Source: a cyanobacterium endosymbiont of Epithemia turgida isolate EtSB Lake Yunoko (lineage in GTDB: Bacteria; Cyanobacteriota; Cyanobacteriia; Cyanobacteriales; Microcystaceae). Taken from it: a stretch of 32,000 bases of DNA. Position numbers and translations under genes: made by a program. Below, one piece after another: positions 1 through 10,170 of this stretch. The DNA lies in the NCBI RefSeq assembly GCF_000829235.1, contig NZ_AP012549.1, positions 2,310,001 to 2,342,000 of the forward strand, written 5' to 3'. The number at the start of each line of letters is the position of its first letter. Positions within the stretch are counted from its first letter, which is position 1. The notes below the pieces were generated by a model. It searched no databases. It was not told where the DNA came from and saw only the letters and a program-made list of their open reading frames with translations.

Positions 1-131
1 TATTAGGAGACGCGTCAAAATTGGTGTTAGAAGGCCAGCAAGTTTTACCTAAAAAAACTCAATCTATAGGGTTTGAGTATCAATATCCAAATTTGAAAAA
101 AGCCTTAATGGATATCCTGCCTCGAGTTTAA
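1..131 (+). CDS. 3' end of an upstream gene; C-terminus resembles TIGR01777/YfcH-type (DUF1731) epimerase-family proteins
   Basis: Frame 3 reads LGDASKLVLEGQQVLPKKTQSIGFEYQYPNLKKALMDILPRV* with the stop at 129-131. The Q.VLP.K....GF.F.YP.L..AL ending matches my recollection of that family's C-terminus; not searched. Confidence 0.4.
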   Translation, partial: LGDASKLVLEGQQVLPKKTQSIGFEYQYPNLKKALMDILPRV

Positions 132-229
132 CTAAAGTCAATAAGTATGAAAAAATAAAAACCCTTTAAAAGTAAAAAAAAGTAGCAGCTTATCTTTTGA
201 TATTAAACATAAAGGTGATTAACTGTTTT

Positions 230-264
230 TTATGTAATAAAATTACATAATTTTATTACATAAT
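230..264. repeat. Three copies of ATTACATAA(T): one inverted (230-238) forming a 9-bp/3-nt-loop palindrome with 242-250, plus direct copies at 242-251 and 255-264
   Basis: Read directly: TTATGTAAT AAA ATTACATAAT TTT ATTACATAAT. It lies 78-112 nt upstream of the coaX ATG. Function unknown; possible operator. Confidence 0.3.
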
Positions 265-341
265 CCATTGTTGAGGTAAGGGTATAACCCGCTGAATGAT
301 GGAATACTGAAAGGTTTGATCATCTAGTATTTAGTGGTAAT

Positions 342-1136
342 ATGAATATTAACATTTCAAATTTATCCCCATATTTTGCTCTAATTGTAGGGAATTCACG
401 TCTCCATTGGGGGTATTTTAAAACAGATAAACTACAAATAACTTGGGATACTCCTCATTTATCTAAACCTATTACAACCAACAAATTACCTAAACATTTA
501 TTACTTCCCCAATTACCAGATGATTTACCCGTTTATTTTGCTTCTGTAGTTTTTTCCCAAACCCAATTATGGGAAACTTATCCAAAGATCAAAATTATTA
601 CCCAAGTACATATACCTCTACAAAAACTTTATCCGACTCTAGGAATTGATCGTGCTTTAGCGGTCTTGGGTGCTGGGAAAACTTATGGGTTTCCTTGCCT
701 GGTAATTGATGTAGGAACAGCCTTAACTTTTACAGGAGTTGATGGCGATCAGGCTTTAGTTGGAGGAGCAATTTTACCGGGATTAAGGTTACAGTTTAAG
801 TCCCTAGCTAATAATACAGCTGCTTTATCTGAAGAAGTATTGCCGATGAGTTTACCTATTCTTTGGGGAACAACGACTTCTGAGGCGATTCAAAGTGGCA
901 TTGTCCACGCTATTTTAGCAGGAATTAAAACATTTATTAAAGATTGGTTAGAAAAATTTTCCGACAGTCAAGTGATTATAACAGGGGGAGATTCGCAACA
1001 AGTCATAACTTATCTAAAAGATAATAATTATGATTTTTTAGATAAGTTAAAACAAGATAGCAATCTTGTTTTTTGGGGAACTAGAGAAGTATTTTCCTTA
1101 TGTATAATTAATAATGGTACAAAAATTAAAGCCTGA
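342..1136 (+). CDS. coaX: Type III pantothenate kinase
   Basis: 264-codon ORF. Motifs IVGNSRLHWGYF (N-terminus), VIDVGTALTF, GGAILPGLRLQ and ITGGDS fit the CoaX family as I recall it. Confidence 0.85.
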   Translation: MNINISNLSPYFALIVGNSRLHWGYFKTDKLQITWDTPHLSKPITTNKLPKHLLLPQLPDDLPVYFASVVFSQTQLWETYPKIKIITQVHIPLQKLYPTLGIDRALAVLGAGKTYGFPCLVIDVGTALTFTGVDGDQALVGGAILPGLRLQFKSLANNTAALSEEVLPMSLPILWGTTTSEAIQSGIVHAILAGIKTFIKDWLEKFSDSQVIITGGDSQQVITYLKDNNYDFLDKLKQDSNLVFWGTREVFSLCIINNGTKIKA

Positions 1137-2309
1137 TTCTACATTATTGTTTTTTATATAATTACTTGTTAATCCTATTTATTGTCGATTCATTTATCGT
1201 AAAATATTTATTTTTTAAAATAAGAAAATTCGAAAGTATTTCCAAATTTAATTTTTATTAAGTATTTAATTTAAAACCTACATTAATTTAAAATTATTTT
1301 TTATTTTGAGTAGTTAAACAAGTTAATCTTATGTATATAAATATCTTATTTGCAATATATTAAATACAATAATATTGAGCTATCTTACTTTCTATCTTTA
1401 CAAAAAAAAGATTTAATAAATATGAGGGCTAACAAACGTTATGCCAATACAGAGACACAGCAGCTATATGCAAAAAATAGAACTTATTGAGGTCTAGTGT
1501 TATGGATATAACATATCATATCGTCTTATTTTTACAGAATTATATTCTAGTACAGACCACAATTTTTGTTAATTGATAAAGAGTATTATCATCTTAGTTT
1601 TCGATTGATAGTATTTATTCTAAATAACTACCAAGTTTGCGTAAAATTAGCAATTTTTAAATTTAAATTACTCTTTATATATCATAAAATTAAATTCTTT
1701 AGAAATTTTATATATTGTAGAGGTTTCCCATTTTTAAAAATATTTCTTGTTGATTTTAATATAATTTTTTTATGACGTTTTTGCTATAAAAAATGATACT
1801 ATTGTGCTGGTTTTATTGACATGCAAAAGAGAAGTCATAGTAATTAGTTTCATTGTCTTTTTCCTAAAAATATTTAGTTAGGTTTTTAAACATAAAAATT
1901 TAGTTTCAAAGACTTAGTTTAATGAGACTAAAATTTTGTAAGATTGTATTCTAAATTTAAATAAAGCTCAATTCTGAACTAAGACAGTAAATTATTAACT
2001 GAAAATTTAAATTTATCGAAATTGAACAACATTTTTATTCGAACGATTGCTTATACCTATTTATATTTACTTGAAAAATTTCCTCGACTATCCTATATAA
2101 TTGCCAACCTTGTCTTATTTAAATTTATATGTTAACAATGACAATCGTGGTTTCCAGTCTTGTCAAACTTACATTTAATTAAAGACCATTTAAGGTAAGA
2201 TTCTAAAAGGTCTGCATAACTATGAAGTCTTTGTAAAGGTTAACAACTCGACCTTGAATCGACCATAGACAATAAAAGAAGTGCTATCCTCATTAGGAGA
2301 ATCTTATCA

Positions 2310-3995
2310 ATGTCAGATAATCTCAGAAGCCGTACCGTTACTCAAGGAAGTCAACGAACCCCAAACCGAGCTATGTTAAGGGCGGTAGGGTTTACAGATG
2401 ATGACTTTGCTAAACCTATCGTGGGGTTAGCCAATGGCTATAGTACTATCACCCCCTGCAATATTGGCATTAATGACTTAGCAAAACGAGCCGAAGCTGG
2501 GCTAAAAACAGCCGGGGCAATGCCCCAAATGTTTGGGACAATTACCGTCAGTGATGGTATTTCTATGGGAACTGAAGGGATGAAGTATTCTCTTGTTTCA
2601 CGGGAAGTAATTGCTGATTCCATCGAAACCGCTTGTAATGCTCAAAGTATGGATGGGATTCTTGCTATTGGGGGTTGTGATAAAAATATGCCTGGGGCAA
2701 TGATTGCTATCGCTCGGATGAATATTCCAGGTATTTTTGTTTATGGGGGAACAATCAAACCTGGTTACTATCAAGGGGAAGATTTAACCGTTGTTAGTGC
2801 TTTTGAAGCGGTAGGAGAATACAGTGCAGGTAAGATAGATGATAATAGATTATTAGCGATTGAGCGTAATGCCTGTCCTGGGGCAGGGTCGTGTGGAGGA
2901 ATGTTTACAGCCAACACAATGTCATCAGCGTTTGAAGCGATGGGAATGAGTTTACCCTATTCTTCGACGATGGCCGCTGAAGATACAGAAAAAGCAGACA
3001 ATACGGAAAAATCCGCTTTTTGTTTGGTACATGCTATCCGTAATCAAATTCTACCAAGTCAAATTTTAACCCGTAAAGCCTTTGAAAATGCCATTACTGT
3101 AACTATGGCAGTAGGTGGCTCTACTAATGCTGTATTACATCTATTAGCCATTGCTAATACGATTGGGGTTGAATTGACTTTGGATGACTTTGAAACCATT
3201 CGGAAAAAGGTTCCCGTATTGTGTGATTTAAAACCGTCGGGACGCTATGTCACCATAAATTTACATCAAGCTGGGGGTATTCCTCAAGTGATGCGAATGT
3301 TACTAATTCACGGATTCTTACATGGGGATGCTTTGACAATTTCAGGACAAACCATTGCTGAAGTGTTAAAAGATATTCCTGATGAACCACCAGCTAATCA
3401 AGATGTTATTCGTCCTTGGAGTAAGCCAATTTATACAGAAGGTCATTTAGCGATTCTCAAAGGGAACTTAGCCCTGGAAGGGGCTGTTGCTAAAATTAGT
3501 GGCGTTAAAAATCCCAAAATTACTGGGACGGCAAAAGTTTTTGAATCGGAAGAGGACTGTTTAAATACGATTTTAACAGGAAAAATTAAGGCAGGAGATA
3601 TCATTATCATTCGCTATGAAGGTCCTAAAGGAGGCCCTGGAATGCGGGAAATGTTAGCCCCAACTTCAGCAATTATCGGGGCAGGCTTAGGGGATTCAGT
3701 AGGCTTGATTACAGATGGTCGTTTCTCTGGGGGAACCTATGGATTAGTGGTTGGTCATGTAGCCCCAGAGGCTTTTGTTGGTGGAACTATTGCCTTAGTA
3801 AAAGAAGGAGATAGTATTACGATTGATGCAGAACAACGATTATTGCAGTTGAATGTTTCCGAGGAGGAATTGTCCCAACGTCGTCAGAGTTGGACCGCGC
3901 CACAACCCCGTTATCAACGAGGAGTTTTAGGCAAGTATGCTAGGTTAGTTTCTTCGAGTAGCTTGGGGGCAGTCACAGATTTAAATTGGTTTTGA
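2310..3995 (+). CDS. ilvD: Dihydroxy-acid dehydratase
   Basis: 561 aa. SRTVTQG...[10 protein letters not shown]-terminus, GGCDKNMPG Fe-S motif, ITDGRFSGG and a C-terminal GAVTD are typical of the IlvD/Edd family. AGGAG at 2295-2299 precedes the ATG. Confidence 0.97.
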   Translation: MSDNLRSRTVTQGSQRTPNRAMLRAVGFTDDDFAKPIVGLANGYSTITPCNIGINDLAKRAEAGLKTAGAMPQMFGTITVSDGISMGTEGMKYSLVSREVIADSIETACNAQSMDGILAIGGCDKNMPGAMIAIARMNIPGIFVYGGTIKPGYYQGEDLTVVSAFEAVGEYSAGKIDDNRLLAIERNACPGAGSCGGMFTANTMSSAFEAMGMSLPYSSTMAAEDTEKADNTEKSAFCLVHAIRNQILPSQILTRKAFENAITVTMAVGGSTNAVLHLLAIANTIGVELTLDDFETIRKKVPVLCDLKPSGRYVTINLHQAGGIPQVMRMLLIHGFLHGDALTISGQTIAEVLKDIPDEPPANQDVIRPWSKPIYTEGHLAILKGNLALEGAVAKISGVKNPKITGTAKVFESEEDCLNTILTGKIKAGDIIIIRYEGPKGGPGMREMLAPTSAIIGAGLGDSVGLITDGRFSGGTYGLVVGHVAPEAFVGGTIALVKEGDSITIDAEQRLLQLNVSEEELSQRRQSWTAPQPRYQRGVLGKYARLVSSSSLGAVTDLNWF

Positions 3996-4155
3996 ATTAT
4001 AGGGTAGGTAATGTCCCCTTACGGTTTTTTTCCTTATATTCAGACTGATTGGTCAACAAGAGACTGCTTGTAAACAAAGTATTAATTAGAATGCATTACT
4101 CTTGTTATGCGATAAAATCTGAAGTCTTAATTATGCTGTAACGCATAACATTATG

Positions 4156-4204
4156 AGCATCTAAGGATATGTCATCATAATTTAATGACATATCCTTAGA
4201 TGCT
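4156..4204. repeat. Perfect 20-bp inverted repeat with a 9-nt loop (AGCATCTAAGGATATGTCAT / ATGACATATCCTTAGATGCT)
   Basis: Checked base by base: 4156-4175 pairs with 4185-4204. About 160 nt downstream of the ilvD stop and followed by TTTGAG. Could be a terminator, but it is AT-rich and distant. Confidence 0.9.
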
Positions 4205-4622
4205 TTTGAGATTGACTTCATAAATAGTCTCTAAATGTTAGGATAAAAATAAGCAAATAATTGTCTATTTATACTCTGGAGATAAGTAAACTGTTTGAAC
4301 TTTTAAAAATCAAATAGAAAAGTTTAAAATAATTATATTTATTAACAGATAATACCCAGAATATACTTATTTTCTCTATAAAAAAGAACAATTACAAGAT
4401 ATAGTCATGGGTTGATTATTATTTCTGCAGTCAAGGATAAACTAGCCAAAGAGAAAACAATCTACTTATTAGACTGAATTGGAAAGGTGGATTATGTATT
4501 TGAGCTAAAAGGCATCTGGAATAGTATTAAAGTTAAATTTTGATTTTCAGAAATATAAAAAAATTACCGTTATTTTTAATAACAATTTTTATATAAATGG
4601 ACAGCAAAAATATTAGATTAAT

Positions 4623-4805
4623 TTAATTATATTTGAGGGAGAAAACAGAAGCGGGATAATAAATCCACTTTTTGGAATCAGATAATCGCTTAGATTGAAT
4701 TACTTTTACGGCTAAAAGAGATTTGAGACAAGATTGTACCCTTGAAATAGGACGATTTAAGCTATTACTCAATTTTTCTACCGTAATTCCTTGAGGATGG
4801 GTCAT
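4623..4805 (-). CDS. Small hypothetical protein, possibly a winged-helix fragment or gene remnant
   Basis: 60-aa ORF MTHPQGITVEKLSNSLNRPISRVQSCLKSLL... The same frame continues upstream as ...PGATTTQQI*KLI before the ATG, so it may be the tail of a longer disrupted gene. No family recognised. Confidence 0.3.
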   Translation of the reverse strand: MTHPQGITVEKLSNSLNRPISRVQSCLKSLLAVKVIQSKRLSDSKKWIYYPASVFSLKYN

Positions 4806-5214
4806 AATTAATTTTTAAATTTGCTGGGTGGTTGTTGCTCCTGGGGTAGGGCGAATAATGGTAAATGGCAAAGTTTAGTTTACTCAATCAATAAGTTTTC
4901 CATCAGACAAGACAAAATAAACTACTTTAATGGATATTCTCGAAATTATCACAAATTTTCTGTAGATAAACTTACTCAGTCTATATTGGTTTGATAGACT
5001 ACGAAGATGATATCAACAAATATCGAAAAATACTATGTTTGAGAAACGGTGAATTATTATCTCAGGAAGAAGCGAGTTAGTAATAAATGAGATAAAACTA
5101 ATAATCTCTCACGTCGACTACTAGTAATTGTTCTCCTTGGGATGTAACTAAGCAATATTTTTCTCTCAATCCCTCATAATAAAGATAAGTAATGTAAACT
5201 TTTTTAGAGAACCC

Positions 5215-6390
5215 ATGCGTGTAATCCTTATGACTGGTAAAGGAGGAGTTGGTAAAACCTCCGTTGCAGCCGCTACTGGACTGCGATGTGCGGAATTAGG
5301 CTATAAAACTCTAGTTTTAAGTACAGATCCCGCCCATTCCCTTGCCGATAGTTTTGATTTAGAATTGGGGCACGATCCCCGTAAAATCTGTCCTAACCTT
5401 TGGGGAGCTGAATTAGATGCACTCATGGAGTTAGAAGCCAACTGGGGTGCAGTTAAACGCTACATCACCCAAGTGTTACAAGCAAGAGGACTTGATGGTG
5501 TTCAAGCTGAAGAATTAGCAATTTTACCTGGAATGGACGAAATTTTCGGGTTAGTGCGTATGAAACGCCACTATGATGAAGGGGAGTATGAGGTTTTAAT
5601 CATTGATTCAGCTCCTACAGGAACGGCTTTAAGGTTGTTAAGTCTCCCTGAAGTAGGAGGATGGTATATGAGACGATTTTACAAGCCTTTGCAAGGAATG
5701 TCTGTTGTCTTAAGACCGTTGTTAGAACCTCTATTTAAACCCATTGCAGGGTTTTCTCTACCTGACAAAGAAGTAATGGACGCACCCTATGAATTTTATG
5801 AACAGATTGAGGCATTAGAAAAGGTTTTAACCGATAATAGTAAAACCACAGTCCGTTTAATCACTAACCCTGAAAAAATGGTGATTAAAGAATCATTACG
5901 TGCCCATGCTTATTTAAGTTTATATAATGTGTCTACAGATTTAGTGGTAGCTAATCGCATCATTCCTGATACAGTGACGGATAGTTTTTTTCAAAGATGG
6001 AAAGAAAACCAACAGATTTACAGAAAGGAAATTCACGATAATTTCCATCCTTTACCTGTCAAAGAAGTTCCCCTTTATTTTGAGGAAATGTGTGGGTTAG
6101 AAGCCTTGGAAAGATTAAAACTAACTTTATATAAAGATGAAAATCCCACTCAGGTTTACTACAAAGAAACTACACTTAAAGTAGTTCAAAATTCCGAAAA
6201 CTACAGTTTAGAGTTGTATTTACCAGGAATACCCAAAGAACAAATTCAACTAAATAAAACAGGAGATGAGTTAAATATTCGGATTGGGAATCATCGCCGA
6301 AATTTAGTTTTGCCCCAAGCTTTAGCTACTTTAAAACCTTCAGGAGCAAAAATAGAAAACGATTATTTGAAAATTTGCTTTTCTGTCTAA
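5215..6390 (+). CDS. Get3/ArsA-family transport-energising ATPase with a C-terminal alpha-crystallin (HSP20)-like domain (Get3d-like architecture)
   Basis: P-loop [19 protein letters not shown] signature and DSAPTG. The last ~90 aa ([38 protein letters not shown]...DYLKICF) look like an HSP20/CS-type beta-sandwich. Confidence 0.9.
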   Translation: MRVILMTGKGGVGKTSVAAATGLRCAELGYKTLVLSTDPAHSLADSFDLELGHDPRKICPNLWGAELDALMELEANWGAVKRYITQVLQARGLDGVQAEELAILPGMDEIFGLVRMKRHYDEGEYEVLIIDSAPTGTALRLLSLPEVGGWYMRRFYKPLQGMSVVLRPLLEPLFKPIAGFSLPDKEVMDAPYEFYEQIEALEKVLTDNSKTTVRLITNPEKMVIKESLRAHAYLSLYNVSTDLVVANRIIPDTVTDSFFQRWKENQQIYRKEIHDNFHPLPVKEVPLYFEEMCGLEALERLKLTLYKDENPTQVYYKETTLKVVQNSENYSLELYLPGIPKEQIQLNKTGDELNIRIGNHRRNLVLPQALATLKPSGAKIENDYLKICFSV

Positions 6391-6442
6391 AATAAGCCAA
6401 ATTTTAGCTAATCTTACTAAATTGTTTAAAAAATAGAACAAT

Positions 6443-6479
6443 AACCAAAGATTTAGTATAATCTTTTTCTTTGGTTTTT
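6443..6479 (+). terminator. Putative intrinsic terminator downstream of the ATPase gene
   Basis: AACCAAAGA (6443-6451) pairs with TCTTTGGTT (6468-6476), followed by TTTA. 53 nt after the stop codon. AT-rich stem with a large loop. Confidence 0.4.
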
Positions 6480-7005
6480 ATCTGTCTGAAAATCTTCAGA
6501 GTATACTTAACTGATAATATAGAGCTAACTAGTGAAATACTAAATAAATAAACTTTGTAGTTTAAAATCAATTAAGCTTATTATAAATAGGCTTTTTGAC
6601 GCAGGTTAGGTAATTTAAATAGTTCTAAACCTGATTATTATTTTTATTAAAAAATTTCTAAATTTCTCTTGCAATAGTAATTTTTTGATAAAATTGGTTC
6701 AATTTATTTTTTTATCTTTTGTTTTAATATTTGTCATTTTTTTTTCGCTTGCTATTCCTTGTTATTGACTATTTACAAACAGCTGTGATGTGTTTTAGTT
6801 AAAATAAATATAAAGACTTTTTTCATATCCATAAAATCAGTAATTAAACGAAAACCTACATTAAGTTCTTTTTATTAAATTGCTTATTCAATAAGCCTAA
6901 CAGAAATTCTTGATATTCTTTTTTTAATATTTTCTGTTGAGTGCCATCCAATTTAATACAAGAGAAAACATTATCTCTTATTTTAACTTTGACTATTTTA
7001 AATGG

Positions 7006-7021
7006 ATGTAATTTATTACAT
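7006..7021. repeat. Palindrome ATGTAAT-TT-ATTACAT sharing its half-site with the repeats at 230-264
   Basis: Read directly; 7-bp arms with a 2-nt spacer. Confidence 0.5.
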
Positions 7022-7184
7022 TAAATTAATAGAATTGATAGATTAACTGACTGTAAAAATTTTTAAATTTTTATTCCTTCTTTTACTTCATGTTAGCTAA
7101 TTAAGATAGCCGGAATTAGAAAAATTTAGGCTTTTTTTATTTAAAAAATAATTTAACTTTTTTAAAAATTATTTTTATCTTATC

Positions 7185-7238
7185 TAATGTGCATAGATAG
7201 CTAAAAATATTAATATTTTTAGCTATCTATGCACATTA
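7185..7238. repeat. Perfect 54-bp palindrome (27 + 27 bp, no spacer)
   Basis: All 27 pairs from centre 7211|7212 outward are complementary: TAATGTGCATAGATAGCTAAAAATATT|AATATTTTTAGCTATCTATGCACATTA. The first mismatch is 7184/7239. Confidence 0.95.
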
Positions 7239-7570
7239 ATCACCATTCCATCTACTATTAGCCTTAATGTTAATCAATTAAGTAATATTTTTTGTGTTAA
7301 TGTCGTGGCTAATAGAATCACTATTAATTCGAATAAATAAGTGATAATTTTTCTTTTGTCTGACTACCGTTATTTATAAACTTTTTTATACCTTTAAACT
7401 TAGATGTAAACACATATATTTCTCTACGACTAATACTAATAAATTTTTAAAAAGAACTGCCTCAATTTATTGATTGAACTAAAATACCAATTGTAATCAC
7501 TAAAACAATAATTATATCAAACAACTTAATTGTTCTTCTTCTCTTTTAAAGAAAACTCTAAAATAATAAA

Positions 7571-7610
7571 CTAAAAAACTGGGTAATCAATTAATTTTCA
7601 TAACCCAGTT
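7571..7610 (-). terminator. Putative rho-independent terminator of the ctaCDE operon
   Basis: On the minus strand, about 30 nt after the ctaE stop: AACTGGGT, an 18-nt loop, ACCCAGTT, then TTTTAG. This gives an 8-bp stem (4 GC pairs) running into a 6-T tract. Confidence 0.5.
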
Positions 7611-7641
7611 AATTAAAATAAATCTAAGATTCTCCTAAACT

Positions 7642-8238
7642 CTACAAAAGATAAACCAAGGTAAAAAGGATAATCCAAACTATGTCCACAAAGTGCCAAT
7701 AAAGTTCTGCTGCCTCAACCCCAAAATGGGACTTACTAGAGTAATGTCCTTCTTCATTTGAACGCCACAATACTGCTAATATTAACAACAGACCAAAGGT
7801 AACATGAAGTCCGTGAAATCCAGTTAAAACGTAGAAACAACTGGCAAATAAATTAGTGGTTAATCCCATCTCTAGATGGAAGTACTCATACATCTGACCG
7901 ATAAGGAAAACAATACCCATAACGGACGTGATACTAAACCAGAACTTCAACCCAGAAACGTTATTATTCTTAATAGCAGCTTGACCCTTATGCATCACAA
8001 AACTACTAGCAACCAAAATTATTGTATTAATCCCAGGTAATAATAATTCTAATTCTGGTGTTCCCTCGGGAGGCCAAACAGGAATTATCGTGCGATAAAT
8101 AATAAAAGCAGCGAATAGTCCTAAAAAAATAGAACTTTCTGCTATTAGAAAAAGGGCAATCCCAAAAAAGCGATGGTCTGGATGGCCACTGTGAAGGTTA
8201 ACAGTTATTTGTGGCTGTTCAATTGTTGATCCTTGCAT
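7642..8238 (-). CDS. ctaE: Cytochrome c oxidase subunit III
   Basis: I start the ORF at the internal MQGSTIEQPQITVNLHSGHPDHRFFG; the 25 upstream codons of the tracked ORF look non-native. It has multiple TM helices and the conserved HGLHV and YWHFVD motifs. Confidence 0.9.
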   Translation of the reverse strand: MQGSTIEQPQITVNLHSGHPDHRFFGIALFLIAESSIFLGLFAAFIIYRTIIPVWPPEGTPELELLLPGINTIILVASSFVMHKGQAAIKNNNVSGLKFWFSITSVMGIVFLIGQMYEYFHLEMGLTTNLFASCFYVLTGFHGLHVTFGLLLILAVLWRSNEEGHYSSKSHFGVEAAELYWHFVDIVWIILFTLVYLL

Positions 8239-8341
8239 GACTATTGTTTTATGAAATAATAGTGACAGAGTAAATCTAAGACAAAAACAACGAAAAGAAT
8301 AGCGATCACGCATTATATAGATTAACCGTGATCGCTTTTGT

Positions 8342-10018
8342 TCATGAGCGGTATCTCAATTGAGAACCAACTTCTGCTAACATGTCGTCGACAGTCTCCT
8401 CTTCATTGACAACTTCCGAATCGGTACCGTAGTCGTAGGGACCTGTCCATAATACGGGTTCTTCTTCAAAGTTTTCAATGATGGGAGGAGAGGACGTTTG
8501 CCATTCTAGGGTATAGGCACGCCAGGGATTACGAGCAGCTTTTTCGCCTTGATTCAAACTCCAAAGGATATTGATAACAAAAGGAAGACTGGAAACAGCT
8601 AGAATGTAAGCCCCAATGGTGCAAATTAAATTGATGGGTTCAAACTGCACGTCATAAAGGGCAATACGACGATTCATCCCCATTAACCCCAATTTGTGCA
8701 TAGGTAAAAAGGTAATATTCAACCCAATGAACAGAAGAATAAAGTGCAATTTACCCAGAGGTTCATTAATCATCCGCCCCGTCATCTTAGGGAACCAATG
8801 ATAAAATCCGGCAAACAGTCCCATGGCTGCCCCACCGAAGAGGACATAATGAAAATGCCCAACTACAAAATAGGTATCATGGACGTGTATATTAAAGGGA
8901 ACAGAAGATAACATAACTCCCGTTAAGCCACCCATGACGAAGGTTGCAATGAACCCAACTCCAAACAACATGGCAGTATTGAGATTCAGTTTTCCACCCC
9001 AAAGGGTTGCACTCCAACTAAAGATCTTAATCCCTGTGGGAACAGCGATCAGCATAGTAGCCGCCATAAAGAAGATCCGTAACCATCCTGGTGTTCCACT
9101 GGTGAACATATGGTGCGCCCAAACAATTAACCCTAAAAAGCTAATAGCTAAACTAGAGTAGGCGATCGCTCGATAGCCAAAAATCGGTTTGCGAGAGTGG
9201 ACGGGTAATACTTCAGAAATAACGCCAAAAAAAGGCAGGATCATGATGTACACCGCCGGATGGGAGTAGAACCAGAACATATGCTGGTAAACAATCGGAT
9301 CTCCTCCTCCTGTAGGGTTAAAGAAAGCAGTTCCGGCAATAAGATCAAAAGAGAGAAGTACTAATGCCGCAGCTAAAACCGGGGTAGAAAGTAAAATTAG
9401 GGCTGAGGTCGCTAACATCGACCAGCAAAACAGAGGCATGCTGTGGAGATCCATGTCCGGAATCCGCATTTTGAAGATGGTAGTAACAAAATTAATTGCC
9501 CCCAAAATCGAGGAGGTTCCCACCAATAAAACGCTTAAGATCCAAATTTCTTCCCCCCAAACCCCGCTAACTAAACTCAGGGGAGGATAGGAAGTCCAAC
9601 CAGCCTGGGGAGCTCCATTAGGAACAAAAAAGCTGGCTAGCAAGAGAATACCCCCTGGAGGAGTCAACCAAAACGCCACCGCATTGAGGGTGGGAAAAGC
9701 CATATCTTCAGCCCCAATCATTAGGGGAATTAGATAATTAGCAAAAGCGGCCCCAGCCGGAACAATCCACAAGAAGATCATGATGGTTCCGTGGATGGTC
9801 ATAAATTGGTTATATAAGGCCGGGGTAACGAAATCGGGGTCTGCGGTGGCTAATTCCGTACGAATGACTTCCGCAAAAGCCCCACCGATGAAGTAGAAAG
9901 CGAAAGAAGTGACGAGGTATTGGATCCCAATTACCTTATGGTCGGTGCTAAAGGTAAAATAATCTGTCCACTTCCTTTCTTTATGTGCCGTATAGTTTGA
10001 TGCTACTACTGTTGTCAT
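8342..10018 (-). CDS. ctaD: Cytochrome c oxidase subunit I
   Basis: 558 aa with the canonical haem-copper oxidase core (WFYSHPAVY, GHFHYVL, HDTYFVVGHFHY). Contains a HIP1 site GCGATCGC at 9162-9169. Confidence 0.97.
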   Translation of the reverse strand: MTTVVASNYTAHKERKWTDYFTFSTDHKVIGIQYLVTSFAFYFIGGAFAEVIRTELATADPDFVTPALYNQFMTIHGTIMIFLWIVPAGAAFANYLIPLMIGAEDMAFPTLNAVAFWLTPPGGILLLASFFVPNGAPQAGWTSYPPLSLVSGVWGEEIWILSVLLVGTSSILGAINFVTTIFKMRIPDMDLHSMPLFCWSMLATSALILLSTPVLAAALVLLSFDLIAGTAFFNPTGGGDPIVYQHMFWFYSHPAVYIMILPFFGVISEVLPVHSRKPIFGYRAIAYSSLAISFLGLIVWAHHMFTSGTPGWLRIFFMAATMLIAVPTGIKIFSWSATLWGGKLNLNTAMLFGVGFIATFVMGGLTGVMLSSVPFNIHVHDTYFVVGHFHYVLFGGAAMGLFAGFYHWFPKMTGRMINEPLGKLHFILLFIGLNITFLPMHKLGLMGMNRRIALYDVQFEPINLICTIGAYILAVSSLPFVINILWSLNQGEKAARNPWRAYTLEWQTSSPPIIENFEEEPVLWTGPYDYGTDSEVVNEEETVDDMLAEVGSQLRYRS

Positions 10019-10170
10019 AGGACACTGAATGATACTTTAAAATGACTTAGAGATGGAATAGCCCAAATCAAGAATGATGATTTATAAGGTATATGGCAAT
10101 GTGCACTAAGTAAGGTGACGAACAAGAGTTGTTGTACTCAACATGTTCCTTGAGTCTTCTGCATGATCCT

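Noticed and set aside
231-249. NtcA-like site TGTAATAAAATTACA upstream of coaX
   Set aside because: The spacing is GTA-N7-TAC, not the canonical GTA-N8-TAC. I kept it only as an unexplained repeat or dyad.
1566-1775. 69-aa ORF in the coaX-ilvD spacer
   Set aside because: It has extremely AT-rich, low-complexity I/F/K/L/N composition and no RBS or motif. Open frames of this length are expected by chance several times in this much AT-rich DNA.
2438-2623. 61-aa minus-strand ORF inside ilvD
   Set aside because: It is antisense to a strongly supported gene and has no recognisable motif. The same reasoning applies to 8934-9161 (antisense in ctaD), 14885-15127 (antisense in the PPC-domain gene), 18142-18351 (antisense in nadB), 22321-22554 (alternative frame within ndhF) and 17241-17426 (alternative frame within the 17135 ORF).
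3996-4040. T7 run after ilvD, considered as an intrinsic terminator
   Set aside because: I could find only 4-bp stems (AGGG/CCCT or GTAA/TTAC) before the T run, so a stable hairpin is not evident.
6880-7020. Lys/Asn-rich minus-strand frame (..VKIRDNVFSCIKLDGTQQKILKKEYQEFLLGLLNKQFNKK..) in the 6391-7641 spacer
   Set aside because: It has about 50 codons, no start codon, and a composition typical of translated AT-rich DNA.
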